64,000 bases of DNA from Ignavibacteriota bacterium (lineage in GTDB: Bacteria; Bacteroidota; Ignavibacteria; UBA10030; UBA6906), in NCBI GenBank assembly GCA_003157485.1, contig PMJQ01000101.1, forward strand, positions 11,443 through 75,442, given 5' to 3'. The notes beneath the pieces are model-generated. The model did not search any database. It saw nothing but the letters and a program-made list of their open reading frames with translations, and was not told the DNA's origin. How positions within the stretch are numbered: position 1 is the first letter of the stretch; every line of letters starts with the position of its first letter. The position numbers and the translations under genes were made by a program. This document shows positions 1 to 8,885 of the stretch, one piece after another.

Positions 1-193
1 AGAAATGCGTCGCCTGAATCGGGGACGCTCCTCCGACGAGGTTCTGCGTCCTGCGCCGCGCGGGGTATTTCCGCCCGGCGATTGTCGTGAGATCAGCGGT
101 TGTCATGTGTGTGATCGCTGTGAACGCTGTTTGTGTGCCGGAAGTTCTCCTGAGGAGGTGTTCCTCAGTCCATACTCTTCTTCAGCATATCCT

Positions 194-589
194 TCATAGA
201 GAGCGTGATGTCCTGCAGGTCGGCCACAGGGGTGCGGGACCGCGGGAGACGGGGACGCCGTGCCGCCGGGACAGGGCGAGGGCTTCGCGAAAGAGTGCGA
301 GGTTCTCGTCCTTCGAGAACGTGTCCTTTCCCGTGTGACAGTTGATATGAACAGGGGCGCAGCGGGCGGCCAGGGCGAACCGTCCGGCCAGGGAGGTACA
401 GTGCTCCTCCGGCGTCCGGCTTTCGCTCGTGATCCGTGCGTGGAGGGCTCTCGTCTCCTCCGGCGACTCCCGGAGCGAGGGAATGTGAATATCCGAAGCA
501 TCAAACCCGGCGGCGGCGATCGTCTCAAGGAACCTGTCGAGCGGAAGGGTCTCGAACTCCCACGTTGACCGCGCGATGCGCAGGCGCAT
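194..589 (-). CDS. xylose isomerase-like TIM-barrel (sugar phosphate isomerase/epimerase family) protein, N-terminal ~130 aa only; probably truncated or frameshifted
   Basis: The 131-aa ORF 'MRLRIARSTWEFETLPLDRFLETIAAAGFDASDIHIP...VHINCHTGKDTFSKDENLALFREALALSRRHGVPV' looks like the first half of an AP_endonuc_2/xylose-isomerase-like barrel. Family members are normally about twice this length. The tail 'SRGPAPLWPTCRTSRSL' looks non-native. I found no convincing continuation in the other minus-strand frames. Confidence 0.45.
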   Translation of the reverse strand: MRLRIARSTWEFETLPLDRFLETIAAAGFDASDIHIPSLRESPEETRALHARITSESRTPEEHCTSLAGRFALAARCAPVHINCHTGKDTFSKDENLALFREALALSRRHGVPVSRGPAPLWPTCRTSRSL

Positions 590-602
590 GGTCGACTTTC
601 AG

Positions 603-618
603 GTTTCATTTATGAAAC
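603..618. promoter_or_regulatory. perfect 7-2-7 inverted repeat GTTTCAT-TT-ATGAAAC (candidate operator) in the divergent intergenic region
   Basis: Read directly: gtttcat tt atgaaac. It lies 14 nt upstream of the minus-strand ATG at 589 and about 75 nt upstream of the + strand promoter candidate. Confidence 0.3.
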
Positions 619-693
619 GACAGTTCCATGCATGATCTGCGGGACAACATAGGCAATGGACCGGCAAACCGCAACGGCGGAAGAAAAAAAAAC

Positions 694-722
694 TTGACAA
701 AGCACCGGCATTGTGGTATTTT
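694..722 (+). promoter_or_regulatory. sigma70-like promoter: TTGACA, 17-nt spacer, TATTTT, preceded by an A9 tract
   Basis: TTGACA at 694-699, spacer 700-716, TATTTT at 717-722, A-run at 684-692 (UP-element-like). This is the only AT-rich patch upstream of the receptor gene and leaves a leader of about 230 nt before the ATG at 952. Confidence 0.5.
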
Positions 723-951
723 CACTCTGGTAAAACGCCATTCCAATAGTGAAACGCAGGCTTCCCCGGCAATCCGCCTGACGCATTCACACACGGTTGC
801 AGACTCACTTCTCATCCTGTTCATTCCAAAATCACGCGCGTGCGGCCGGCCCCATCCGGGGCGGCGGCAGAATGCAGTTGCGCATAGTTCTCGCAATTCA
901 TCGGATCACTATTCACCGAACCACTCACCACAGAAGTAAGGGAGGAACCAT

Positions 952-3900
952 ATGAGGCAACGATGGTACCATTTCCTGTGTCTTTTGCTGCTCATTGCCG
1001 CGGCCGCCACGCCGCCGGCACTCGCGGCAAACGGCAAGATCGTGGGGATTGTTCGTGACGCTTCCACCAAGGATGTCATCCCCGGCGCGAACGTGCTGGT
1101 GGTCGGGACGACCCTCGGCGGCGCTGCGGACGCGCAGGGACGCTACTATATACTGAACGTTCCCCCGGGAACGTACTCGCTGCAGGCCTCGGCCGTCGGT
1201 TACGGCAAGCTGCGGATCGATGGGATCGACATCGTGCAGGATCAGACGGTGGAGATGAACGTCACGCTGACGAGTCAGGACGTCCAGATCGGCGAGATGG
1301 TCATCACCGCCGAGCGGCGCGTCGTGGACAAGAACCGCACGTCCACGAAGACGACGGTCACCTCCGATGAAATCCAGAATCTGCCGACGGTCACCGTGAT
1401 CGACCTCCTGAACTCGACACCGGGAGCGTTCAACGGGTTCGTGCGCGGCGGGCGCATCACGGAGACGAAGACGATCGTCGAAGGCGTCGATATCACAAAC
1501 CAGTTCTACGAAAACATTACGGAGCAGTCGAACCAGGGTATCCTTCAGTCGACAGGTCACCTCACCCGCCACAACGTCGGTGAGATGAACACGACGACCG
1601 ATATGAACTTCGCGGCAATCGAGCAGTTCTCGCTGAATACGGGCGCATCGGGTGCGGACGTCCAGTCTGCAACCGCGGGAACGATCAACTATTCTCTCAA
1701 GGAAGGAACCGGGCCTCTCTCGGGGAGCATCCAGGCGCGCCTGAGCCAGTTCAACGGACTCCACCACGCCGGTCCCGACGTCTACAACCTCGACTATGTT
1801 TACTTCGCCGACGAGAACACGGTGAACACGCGCCTCGGGTCCAACCGCCATGTGAGGGACTCCCTCGTCAGCGGACACTTCTCGCTCCCGACGTCGCTCA
1901 CCGGTGCCATAACCACCGACAGCATCCGGTCGGGGAAGTACTCGTACTACCCCGGCAAGTACATCAACGGCAACCATCCTCTTCTTGATTTCAGCGGATC
2001 GGTCGGCGGAGCCATTACGGATGAATGGCGTTTCTTCCTGACGGGAAAATACCTGGATTCGCACGGCTATTTCCCGAACGACAGGAGCCGCGAGGCCGAC
2101 ATCACGCTGAAAACATCGTACAACCTCACGAACGCGATGAAGCTGAACGTGTTCGGCATCGTCAACGACAAGGGGAAACTCTTCAACTGGAAGAACTCCA
2201 CGTACAACGACGATGCGCGGTATTTCCTTGAAGGCGTTCCGCAGAACCAGGGACTCGACTACACGGGAAGCGTCAAGCTGACGCACGTGCTGACGCCTGC
2301 CACGTTCTACGAAGTCCAGGTGAGCCAGGTCTATCATAACCTCATCTACGGGTTCACGGACGGCAACGGGGACGGGTACTGTGCGCTGAACGAAAGCGGC
2401 GACTTCCTGACGATGTCCGACACCGCCTCGATAAGCAAATACATCTCCCAGTCGGGCGGGGATCTCAGCAAGTTCTTCCGTATCGGGGATGAAGCCGGCC
2501 CGAGCCAGATCGCCGCTCCCCTGAACATCGGCAACAGGCAGGCCGATATCACGCGCCCGATGTTCATCTATGAGAACTCCAAATCGATCGCCCGCACGGT
2601 CAGGGCTGACCTGACGAGCCAGGTCGATTACCACCATCAGATCAAGACCGGATTCCTGTTCAAGTTCAACGAGGTCTCGTACATCAACAGGAACACAATG
2701 CTCGGCGCCGACGGGATGGACACGCGTTCCCGCCTGATCGTGGATAACTGGAAGTTCTTCCCGACGGAAATGTCCGTGTATGCGTCCGACAGGATGGAGT
2801 TCGGCGGGCTCGTGATCAACCTGGGCCTCCGCGGCGACAGGTGGGATCCGAAAGCCCCCGATTACGCAAATTACTTTTCGCAGTTCACGCCCGACACGAT
2901 CATGATCGACGGCCAGCTGCGCCGTGCGAACTCGATCCTGCGGCAGACCAAGAACATCGACCCGATGTACTTCGTGTCGCCCCGCATCGGCGTGTCGCAT
3001 CCTATCTCCGAGACCGCGGCGCTCTTCTACAGCTATTCGCGCCAGGCGATTCCTCCCCCGTATTCACGGATGTACTCGAGCTTCTACACCGTGTTCGGGA
3101 CAAGCCTCCCGAGCTTCACCGCGCTGAACGAGCCGCTGACGAAATCGTCCAACTATGAACTCGGTGCACAGTGGGAATTCCTCCCCGGGAAACTGGGACT
3201 GAATTTCACGGCGTACATGCGCGACGTGGAAAACTACAATCCGAACACATCGGTCGCAATATTCCCGCCCGCGGGCGGACAGACGCAGATGTATTTCGAC
3301 GCCCAGTATGCGGATGCGCGCGGCGTGGAAGTGAGCATCCAGGCGGCCCGGCAGCGGTACTTTGATATTGCCACCGTCAGCGGGCGCCTGAATTACGCCT
3401 ACACGTACATCAAGGCATCAAGCTGGACGGGAAGCGACGCCACAAAGACGAATGTGACGTCATTCCAGGCTGCGGACTCCGCGAAATACAACAACACGCT
3501 TCCGTTCGGCGACTTTGTGTACTATAACAAGGTGCAGACCGACGTTGCGGGCGGCGCGAGCACGCTGACCGGCGGATATGACCGGACACACAGGATCACA
3601 TACCTGCTGTCCATTGAATTTCCCGAGGACATCATCCTCTCGTCGCTCGGAACGTTCCAGAGCGGGTTCTTCTACCCCATCTACTACCCCCTGGATGCGC
3701 GCGTGGCGGGAAGGGAGCTCGCGAACGCTCCGTGGAACAAAATGGTCGACGTGAAGCTGGAGAAGGGTTTCCGCTTTGAGAACATCCGCTTTGCGGTGTT
3801 CGCGGAAGTGAAGAACTTCTTCAACTGGACGAACATCATCGGCTACGACAATACGGCCAGCGGCGCCGCCCTGTGGGAAGCCACGAACGGCAACGGCACG

Positions 3901-4044
3901 ACGCTGTCGAACCCGTACTACGCGGGGACGGCTGCGACGGGTCCGGATCCCACGGGTCTCTACAAGCGGTCGATGAATTCTGATGGAAGCTGGTTCTATG
4001 ACATCCCGCGCGAATATTACTTCGGGATCCGGGTTGACCTCTAA
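952..4044 (+). CDS. TonB-dependent outer-membrane receptor with N-terminal carboxypeptidase-regulatory-like domain
   Basis: Signal peptide 'MRQRWYHFLCLLLLIAAAATPPALA'. CarboxypepD_reg-like 'GKIVGIVRDASTKDVIPGANVLVVGTTLGGAADAQGRYYILNVPPGTYSL'. Plug-like 'TSDEIQNLPTVTVIDLLNSTPGAFNG'. Long beta-barrel-like C-terminus ending 'YYFGIRVDL'. SD AAGGGAGG sits 6 nt before the ATG. Confidence 0.85.
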   Translation: MRQRWYHFLCLLLLIAAAATPPALAANGKIVGIVRDASTKDVIPGANVLVVGTTLGGAADAQGRYYILNVPPGTYSLQASAVGYGKLRIDGIDIVQDQTVEMNVTLTSQDVQIGEMVITAERRVVDKNRTSTKTTVTSDEIQNLPTVTVIDLLNSTPGAFNGFVRGGRITETKTIVEGVDITNQFYENITEQSNQGILQSTGHLTRHNVGEMNTTTDMNFAAIEQFSLNTGASGADVQSATAGTINYSLKEGTGPLSGSIQARLSQFNGLHHAGPDVYNLDYVYFADENTVNTRLGSNRHVRDSLVSGHFSLPTSLTGAITTDSIRSGKYSYYPGKYINGNHPLLDFSGSVGGAITDEWRFFLTGKYLDSHGYFPNDRSREADITLKTSYNLTNAMKLNVFGIVNDKGKLFNWKNSTYNDDARYFLEGVPQNQGLDYTGSVKLTHVLTPATFYEVQVSQVYHNLIYGFTDGNGDGYCALNESGDFLTMSDTASISKYISQSGGDLSKFFRIGDEAGPSQIAAPLNIGNRQADITRPMFIYENSKSIARTVRADLTSQVDYHHQIKTGFLFKFNEVSYINRNTMLGADGMDTRSRLIVDNWKFFPTEMSVYASDRMEFGGLVINLGLRGDRWDPKAPDYANYFSQFTPDTIMIDGQLRRANSILRQTKNIDPMYFVSPRIGVSHPISETAALFYSYSRQAIPPPYSRMYSSFYTVFGTSLPSFTALNEPLTKSSNYELGAQWEFLPGKLGLNFTAYMRDVENYNPNTSVAIFPPAGGQTQMYFDAQYADARGVEVSIQAARQRYFDIATVSGRLNYAYTYIKASSWTGSDATKTNVTSFQAADSAKYNNTLPFGDFVYYNKVQTDVAGGASTLTGGYDRTHRITYLLSIEFPEDIILSSLGTFQSGFFYPIYYPLDARVAGRELANAPWNKMVDVKLEKGFRFENIRFAVFAEVKNFFNWTNIIGYDNTASGAALWEATNGNGTTLSNPYYAGTAATGPDPTGLYKRSMNSDGSWFYDIPREYYFGIRVDL

Positions 4045-4085
4045 TGATATTCCACCCTCACTTTCAAGGGACGAAAGGTATTCGT

Positions 4086-6677
4086 ATGAATAACCGACTG
4101 AAGATATTGATCGCATGCGCGTTCGTCGCGCTGGCGATCGTCCCGACGTCGCTCATGGCGCAGGTCATCACTCCGACAACCGTGTTCAACTACGGTGGAG
4201 CGGGTGTGATCTGTGCGGGCGACGTCTGGGAATCGTTTCTCCCCCAGGGGACCACGCCCTACTACGGCGAGGCGACGACCGCCGCAACACTCGGCGTGCG
4301 CACGTTCTTCCGTATGGGGAACTTTGACCGCGCCTGGTCGACACCGGGGACGCACTTCCCCGCGGCGTTTCCCATAACGCCGTACTGGAACAAAGACGCG
4401 TGGGTGCTCGTCTACGATCCAGACTCCACGTGGAACCGCGGGCCCGCGAGCGGGAATCCGAGCTTCTTTCCGATCTCTGCCGAAAACGGAGGGGTCGCAA
4501 ATTACTCCTACTTCGCGCAGCTGACGTACAAGTCGACGCTCGCCGGCGCCGGCGACCCGACCCGGAAATACGCAAACGATCCGATCTGGGCCGACGGGAC
4601 GACGCGCCAGCATGCCGTGTACGAGGCGGCATGGCCGACGAATCTCGGCGTCGACGTCAAAATGCGCGCGCACGGGTTTGCCGCGCCGAACTGGGACAAC
4701 CTGAACGACTTCGTCATCGTCGAGATTCAGTTGAAGAACACCGGATTCCTCGACATGAATATGGACGGCAAGCCTGACACGGCGACCTATCCCAATGCCC
4801 TGAAGCACGACATCAAGGCGCTCGCGTTCCAGGTTCAGGAGCAGTCGTACATGTCGATTTCCAGCTACGCGTGCGGCGGCCGGTGCGTCAACGACGTCGT
4901 CCCCACGATCTACGCGCGCCAGGCGGGGTGGGTGGATGATCCCGATAGTGCGGGGAATCCCTGGGCGTTCAGCATGATGTTCCCGAGCGCGACAACGCTG
5001 AATGCGGTCCCTGGGAGCGGGAACGTCGATATCGGGTTCAACGGCGGCACCACGAAGAACTACATGGACCTGCACCACGGATGGGTGATGATCGACGTCA
5101 AGAGCGGCGGACTGCCGTCTTCACCGCTCCACAGCACGGGGAGCCTTCCGTCAAAGCAGACGATATTCGGGACCCACCCGATCGGCACGGGCGCCCAGCG
5201 CGGCTGGTACATGTCGGGCGGAAGCAGCTGGTTCGTCGGTTCGGCCTCCGATCCGAGGAAGATGTTCTATATTACGACGGGCGTCTGGTACGCCAACGGC
5301 GGCCAGCTCTCGCACAACACGGACTTCAATGCGCTCAACCTCGCCCCGAATCCCAATTACTTCGCTTCGGGCACATCGGGCCTTCCGCTCACGTTCGTTC
5401 CGAAGGGATCTCCCACGCGTCCGAACGGCGACTACAAGAGCACGGGCCACATGGACCAGACGTCGTATGAGGACGGTTCTGCGAATGCTACGACATCGTA
5501 TCCGACCGGCTGGGGAAAGTGGACCGCCGGCGTGGCAGGGATGCTCGGTTGCAGCCATACGGAGAATTTCGACGACGACATGTTCACGGGCGTCGGCCCC
5601 TTCGACCTGAAGAAGGACTCGACGATAACGATCGTGTTCGCCACTGTGGCGGGGTACAGGCTCGAAGGGATACAGCGCGCCGTCCGCGCGGCCCGGTGGG
5701 CATATGAGAACGACTACCAGATCCCGAAGACGCCTCCGCTCCCGAACATGAAGGTGTCGAACACGCTGAACAAGAGCGTCGCGCTCGAATGGGACGCGGC
5801 TGCCGAGACCGATGCCGGGTTTGCGGGATACAAGATCTGGAAATCGTCGCAGTTCAAAAAACTCCGGTGGCTGGACGAGGGGATGCGGGTTGTCGACTAC
5901 TATCAGGACCAGATGACGGTCGGACCGCGTCCGGCGAACCTCTACAAGCCGGTGAACCCGAAGTTCGATGCGTTCACGAAGACAAACACGAATTCGTCGC
6001 AGGGGACGTACCAGCCCGACACATGGGGAACCTGGGACCTCCTTGCGGTAATCCCCAAGGCGAACGTCCCGTCTCTTACAAAGTCGACGACAACGGGATA
6101 TGCCTACAGGTACGAAGACAAGGACGTGATCCTCGGCTTCCAGTACTGGTACTATATCTCGGCGTACAAAACGGGGACGTTCACAGGGCCGGGCGGCGAC
6201 CAGACAACCCAGATCGAGACGCACTCGACGAACCGGAACGGCGCCACGGGTCTCTGGCTCAATACGTTCCCCTTTGCGTACACGAACGCGAACTATCCGG
6301 CGAACAACGCGACGCTCCTGAAAAACCTCGGCGGCGCGCAGGTCGTCACGTCCGCGCTCGCCCCGAGAGGGGACCTGAGCAAGGTCGGCGTCAGGCCGAA
6401 CCCGTACAAGAGGGCGGCCCTGTTTGACAACCGATCACAGGTGTACGATCACAAGCTCGTGTTCTACAATCTTCCGCCCCAGTGCAAGATCACGATACTC
6501 GATGTTGCCGGCCAGATCATCGATGTCATAAACTTCGTGTCGAACGATCCCAGCAAGGGAAGCGTGTTCTGGGATATGTTCTCGAAGGACGGCATCGAAG
6601 TGGCGAGCGGCGTGTATATCTATGTGGTGGAATCGCCCACGATGAAGCATGTGGGTCAGTTTGCGATTCTCCGATAA
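4086..6677 (+). CDS. large secreted protein of unknown function with FN3-like region and T9SS/FlgD-Ig-like C-terminal sorting domain
   Basis: Start chosen at 'MNNRLKILIACAFVALAIVPTSLMAQ' (Sec signal); the track ORF begins 14 codons earlier at 4044. FN3-like 'SVALEWDAAAETDAGFAGYKIWKS'. C-terminal 'VRPNPYKRAA...LVFYNLPPQCKITILDVAGQIIDVI...GVYIYVVESPTMKHVGQFAILR' resembles Por-secretion-tail/FlgD-like CTDs. Confidence 0.7.
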   Translation: MNNRLKILIACAFVALAIVPTSLMAQVITPTTVFNYGGAGVICAGDVWESFLPQGTTPYYGEATTAATLGVRTFFRMGNFDRAWSTPGTHFPAAFPITPYWNKDAWVLVYDPDSTWNRGPASGNPSFFPISAENGGVANYSYFAQLTYKSTLAGAGDPTRKYANDPIWADGTTRQHAVYEAAWPTNLGVDVKMRAHGFAAPNWDNLNDFVIVEIQLKNTGFLDMNMDGKPDTATYPNALKHDIKALAFQVQEQSYMSISSYACGGRCVNDVVPTIYARQAGWVDDPDSAGNPWAFSMMFPSATTLNAVPGSGNVDIGFNGGTTKNYMDLHHGWVMIDVKSGGLPSSPLHSTGSLPSKQTIFGTHPIGTGAQRGWYMSGGSSWFVGSASDPRKMFYITTGVWYANGGQLSHNTDFNALNLAPNPNYFASGTSGLPLTFVPKGSPTRPNGDYKSTGHMDQTSYEDGSANATTSYPTGWGKWTAGVAGMLGCSHTENFDDDMFTGVGPFDLKKDSTITIVFATVAGYRLEGIQRAVRAARWAYENDYQIPKTPPLPNMKVSNTLNKSVALEWDAAAETDAGFAGYKIWKSSQFKKLRWLDEGMRVVDYYQDQMTVGPRPANLYKPVNPKFDAFTKTNTNSSQGTYQPDTWGTWDLLAVIPKANVPSLTKSTTTGYAYRYEDKDVILGFQYWYYISAYKTGTFTGPGGDQTTQIETHSTNRNGATGLWLNTFPFAYTNANYPANNATLLKNLGGAQVVTSALAPRGDLSKVGVRPNPYKRAALFDNRSQVYDHKLVFYNLPPQCKITILDVAGQIIDVINFVSNDPSKGSVFWDMFSKDGIEVASGVYIYVVESPTMKHVGQFAILR

Positions 6678-6703
6678 CCACACCAATTGATGAGGACTGA
6701 ACA

Positions 6704-7744
6704 ATGAAACGTAACTATGTCATACCGCTTATCGCTGTTCTCCTGCTGGCGGTCGGCGCGACCCTCGGGGTGGCGCAGACGCAGAAGGCGGGGATCAACA
6801 GCGCCGCGTTCCTCAAGGTTGGTGTGGGGGCCCGCCAGGTTGCTCTCGGTTCGGCCGTCACGTCTCTGAACGGGGACGCAACGAACATGTTCTGGAACCC
6901 CGCCGGTGTCGCGCTCAGAGATGAGTCGGCACAGGCGTCATTCACCTACAACAACTGGATAGGGGGTCTCTCCCAGGAGGCGGTCGCCGCCAGCTACAAC
7001 TGGAGCGACATCGGCACGATCGGGATCGGGTTCCAGTCGTTCGGCATCAACGGCATCACCGCCGACAGGGACAACGGGTACTCCGATCCCACGCTGCAGG
7101 CGCAGGTGACGGACAACAACACGTCCTCCACGTACAACTACCAGGACCTCTGCACGCAGATCACGTACTCCCGGTATATCACCGACTACCTTACGCTGGG
7201 CGCGTCGGTGAAGTACATACACGAGAGCATTGACGGCGTCGGGACGGGGACGGTCGCGTTCGATATGGGGACGGTGTACAACATCGGCCTCCTGGGATGG
7301 AGCGTGGGGGCGCGGATCTGCAATCTCGGGGGCGACATGAAGTTCTACGATTACTCCTCCCCGATCCCGCTGACCTTCTCCATCGGCACCTCCATGGCGC
7401 CCGTGGATGCGGGGATCACCAAGTGGATTCTCGCCCTCGACATCGTGAAGCCGCAGGACGGGACGCAGTACTATTACGCGGGGACGGAGCTCGGGTTCAA
7501 CCAGACGTTCTTCGTCCGGGCCGGCTGGAAGTTCAACTACAGCTGGTTCGGCCTTTCGGGGAGCGGCATTGATGCCGGGGCAACGTACCGGGCGCCGATA
7601 CAGACGACCCTCGAACGGGGATCGTTCGGCGCGGGTGTGCGGGTGCCGTTCGACACGTACGTGATCAATGTCGACTATGCGTACACCGTCTTCTCGGCGC
7701 TGAACGACGTTCATCGATTCACGATAAGCTTTGCCATGAAATAG
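6704..7744 (+). CDS. PorV/PorQ-family outer-membrane beta-barrel protein
   Basis: Signal peptide 'MKRNYVIPLIAVLLLAVGATLGVAQ'. Family-typical N-terminus 'GINSAAFLKVGVGARQVALGSAVTSLNGDATNMFWNPAGVA'. SD GAGGA upstream. Confidence 0.7.
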   Translation: MKRNYVIPLIAVLLLAVGATLGVAQTQKAGINSAAFLKVGVGARQVALGSAVTSLNGDATNMFWNPAGVALRDESAQASFTYNNWIGGLSQEAVAASYNWSDIGTIGIGFQSFGINGITADRDNGYSDPTLQAQVTDNNTSSTYNYQDLCTQITYSRYITDYLTLGASVKYIHESIDGVGTGTVAFDMGTVYNIGLLGWSVGARICNLGGDMKFYDYSSPIPLTFSIGTSMAPVDAGITKWILALDIVKPQDGTQYYYAGTELGFNQTFFVRAGWKFNYSWFGLSGSGIDAGATYRAPIQTTLERGSFGAGVRVPFDTYVINVDYAYTVFSALNDVHRFTISFAMK

Positions 7745-7778
7745 CCGTACCGCGGTTTCCGTTCGATTGAGAAACAAT

Positions 7779-7811
7779 AGTCAGGGTGAGCAACCCCCTG
7801 ACTATTTTTTT
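7779..7811 (+). terminator. rho-independent terminator after the PorV-like gene
   Basis: Stem AGTCAGGG (7779-7786) pairs with CCCTGACT (7796-7803) around a 9-nt loop, followed by A and T7 (7805-7811). Confidence 0.8.
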
Positions 7812-7837
7812 CCCGGGTTGCGCCACGGAGCACAGAC

Positions 7838-8863
7838 ATGGACAGGCTACCGCTTCTCCCGACGACGGTCATAGGCAGCTATTCCCTCCCCCCGTGGCTC
7901 GAAAAGGCACGGGATCTCGCCCGGCAGGGCGGCTTCGCCCCGGCCGATCTGGCGGAGGCGCACGATAACGCCGTGCGGTCCGCCGTCATGGACCAGGAGG
8001 TTGCGGGGGTGGACGTTGTCACCGACGGCGAGCTCCGCCGCGAGACCATGGTCAATTTCTTCTCCATGCGGATCGGCGGGTTCGACATGGCCGGAAAGTT
8101 GAAACCGATAGGGAACCTGGACCCGTCCATACAGATGCTCGATCCGGTCGTCCGGGAAAAGGTGAGCCGGAAAGGCCCGCTCGGGATGGACACGCACTTC
8201 CGTTTCCTCAAAGGGTGCGCGCGCGCCCGGACGAAGGTCTGCGTGACCGGCCCCCAGATGCTCGCAAAGAGGGCGACGAACGAGTTTTACGCGACGGACA
8301 GGGAGCTTGTCTTCGACCTGACGGACATCTTGAACGCGGAGCTCAAGGGGCTGGTGGCCGCCGGATGCGATTTCATACAGATCGACGAGCCGGTCTGGGT
8401 CGGCTACCCGCAGGACATGGGCTGGCTTGTTGAATCATTCAACAGGCTTGTGGAGGGCGTCGGCGCAAAAATCGCGCTGCATACCTGCTACGGCAACTAC
8501 AAGCTCAGGAAGCTGTTCAAGGGGCAGTACGACGAGCTTTTCCCGGCGATCCTTGAGTCGCGCACCGATCAGATAAGCATGGAATTCGCCGTGTCCGGCG
8601 GGGCGGGACTCGATCTCTTCTCCCGGTATCCATCCGACAGGGAGATCGTTGTGGGCGTCATCGACGTGAAGGACGAACAGATCGAAACCCCGGACGTCGT
8701 CGCCGCGCGGATCCGGAAGGCGCTCGAACATGTCCGGGCGGAAAAACTCTGGATCAGTCCGGACTGCGGAATGAAGTTCATGCCTCGCGACCGCGCGTTC
8801 GGGAAGCTGAAAGCGATGGTCGACGGGACCCGGATTGTCCGGACGGAGCTCGGCGCTCCCTGA
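7838..8863 (+). CDS. short cobalamin-independent methionine synthase-like protein (MetE C-terminal domain / Meth_synt_2 family, UROD/MetE-like fold)
   Basis: 'LPTTVIGSYSLPPWLEKA', 'VVTDGELRRETMVNFF', 'DFIQIDEPVW'. Putative Zn ligands 'ALHTCYGN' (H-x-C) and 'WISPDCGMK'. Confidence 0.8.
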   Translation: MDRLPLLPTTVIGSYSLPPWLEKARDLARQGGFAPADLAEAHDNAVRSAVMDQEVAGVDVVTDGELRRETMVNFFSMRIGGFDMAGKLKPIGNLDPSIQMLDPVVREKVSRKGPLGMDTHFRFLKGCARARTKVCVTGPQMLAKRATNEFYATDRELVFDLTDILNAELKGLVAAGCDFIQIDEPVWVGYPQDMGWLVESFNRLVEGVGAKIALHTCYGNYKLRKLFKGQYDELFPAILESRTDQISMEFAVSGGAGLDLFSRYPSDREIVVGVIDVKDEQIETPDVVAARIRKALEHVRAEKLWISPDCGMKFMPRDRAFGKLKAMVDGTRIVRTELGAP

Positions 8864-8885
8864 CCATGAAGACCGGCCCGAATCA

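Noticed and set aside
1-106. Minus-strand ORF starting at 106 ('MTTADLTTIAGRKYPARRR...') and running off the left edge
   Set aside because: Only about 35 codons are visible, with no SD and no recognisable motif, so it cannot be supported.
723-951. Possible cobalamin (or other) riboswitch in the long leader of the TonB-dependent receptor
   Set aside because: The idea is attractive given the corrinoid enzymes. However, I could not find a B12-box-like core (for example GCCACTG in a conserved context) or any other riboswitch signature by eye. It needs an Infernal/Rfam scan.
925-3000. 691-aa ORF on the minus strand
   Set aside because: It lies entirely antisense to the well-supported TonB-dependent receptor gene. 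Its Arg/Val/Asp/His-rich composition, with no recognisable motif, is typical of open antisense frames in GC-rich DNA.
8835-8885. Upstream start (8835) for family-A copy 1
   Set aside because: It would overlap the MetE-like gene by 29 nt and add a 17-aa Ser/Arg/Asp-rich extension that has no counterpart in the paralog. ATG 8886 is preferred, though it lacks a clear SD.
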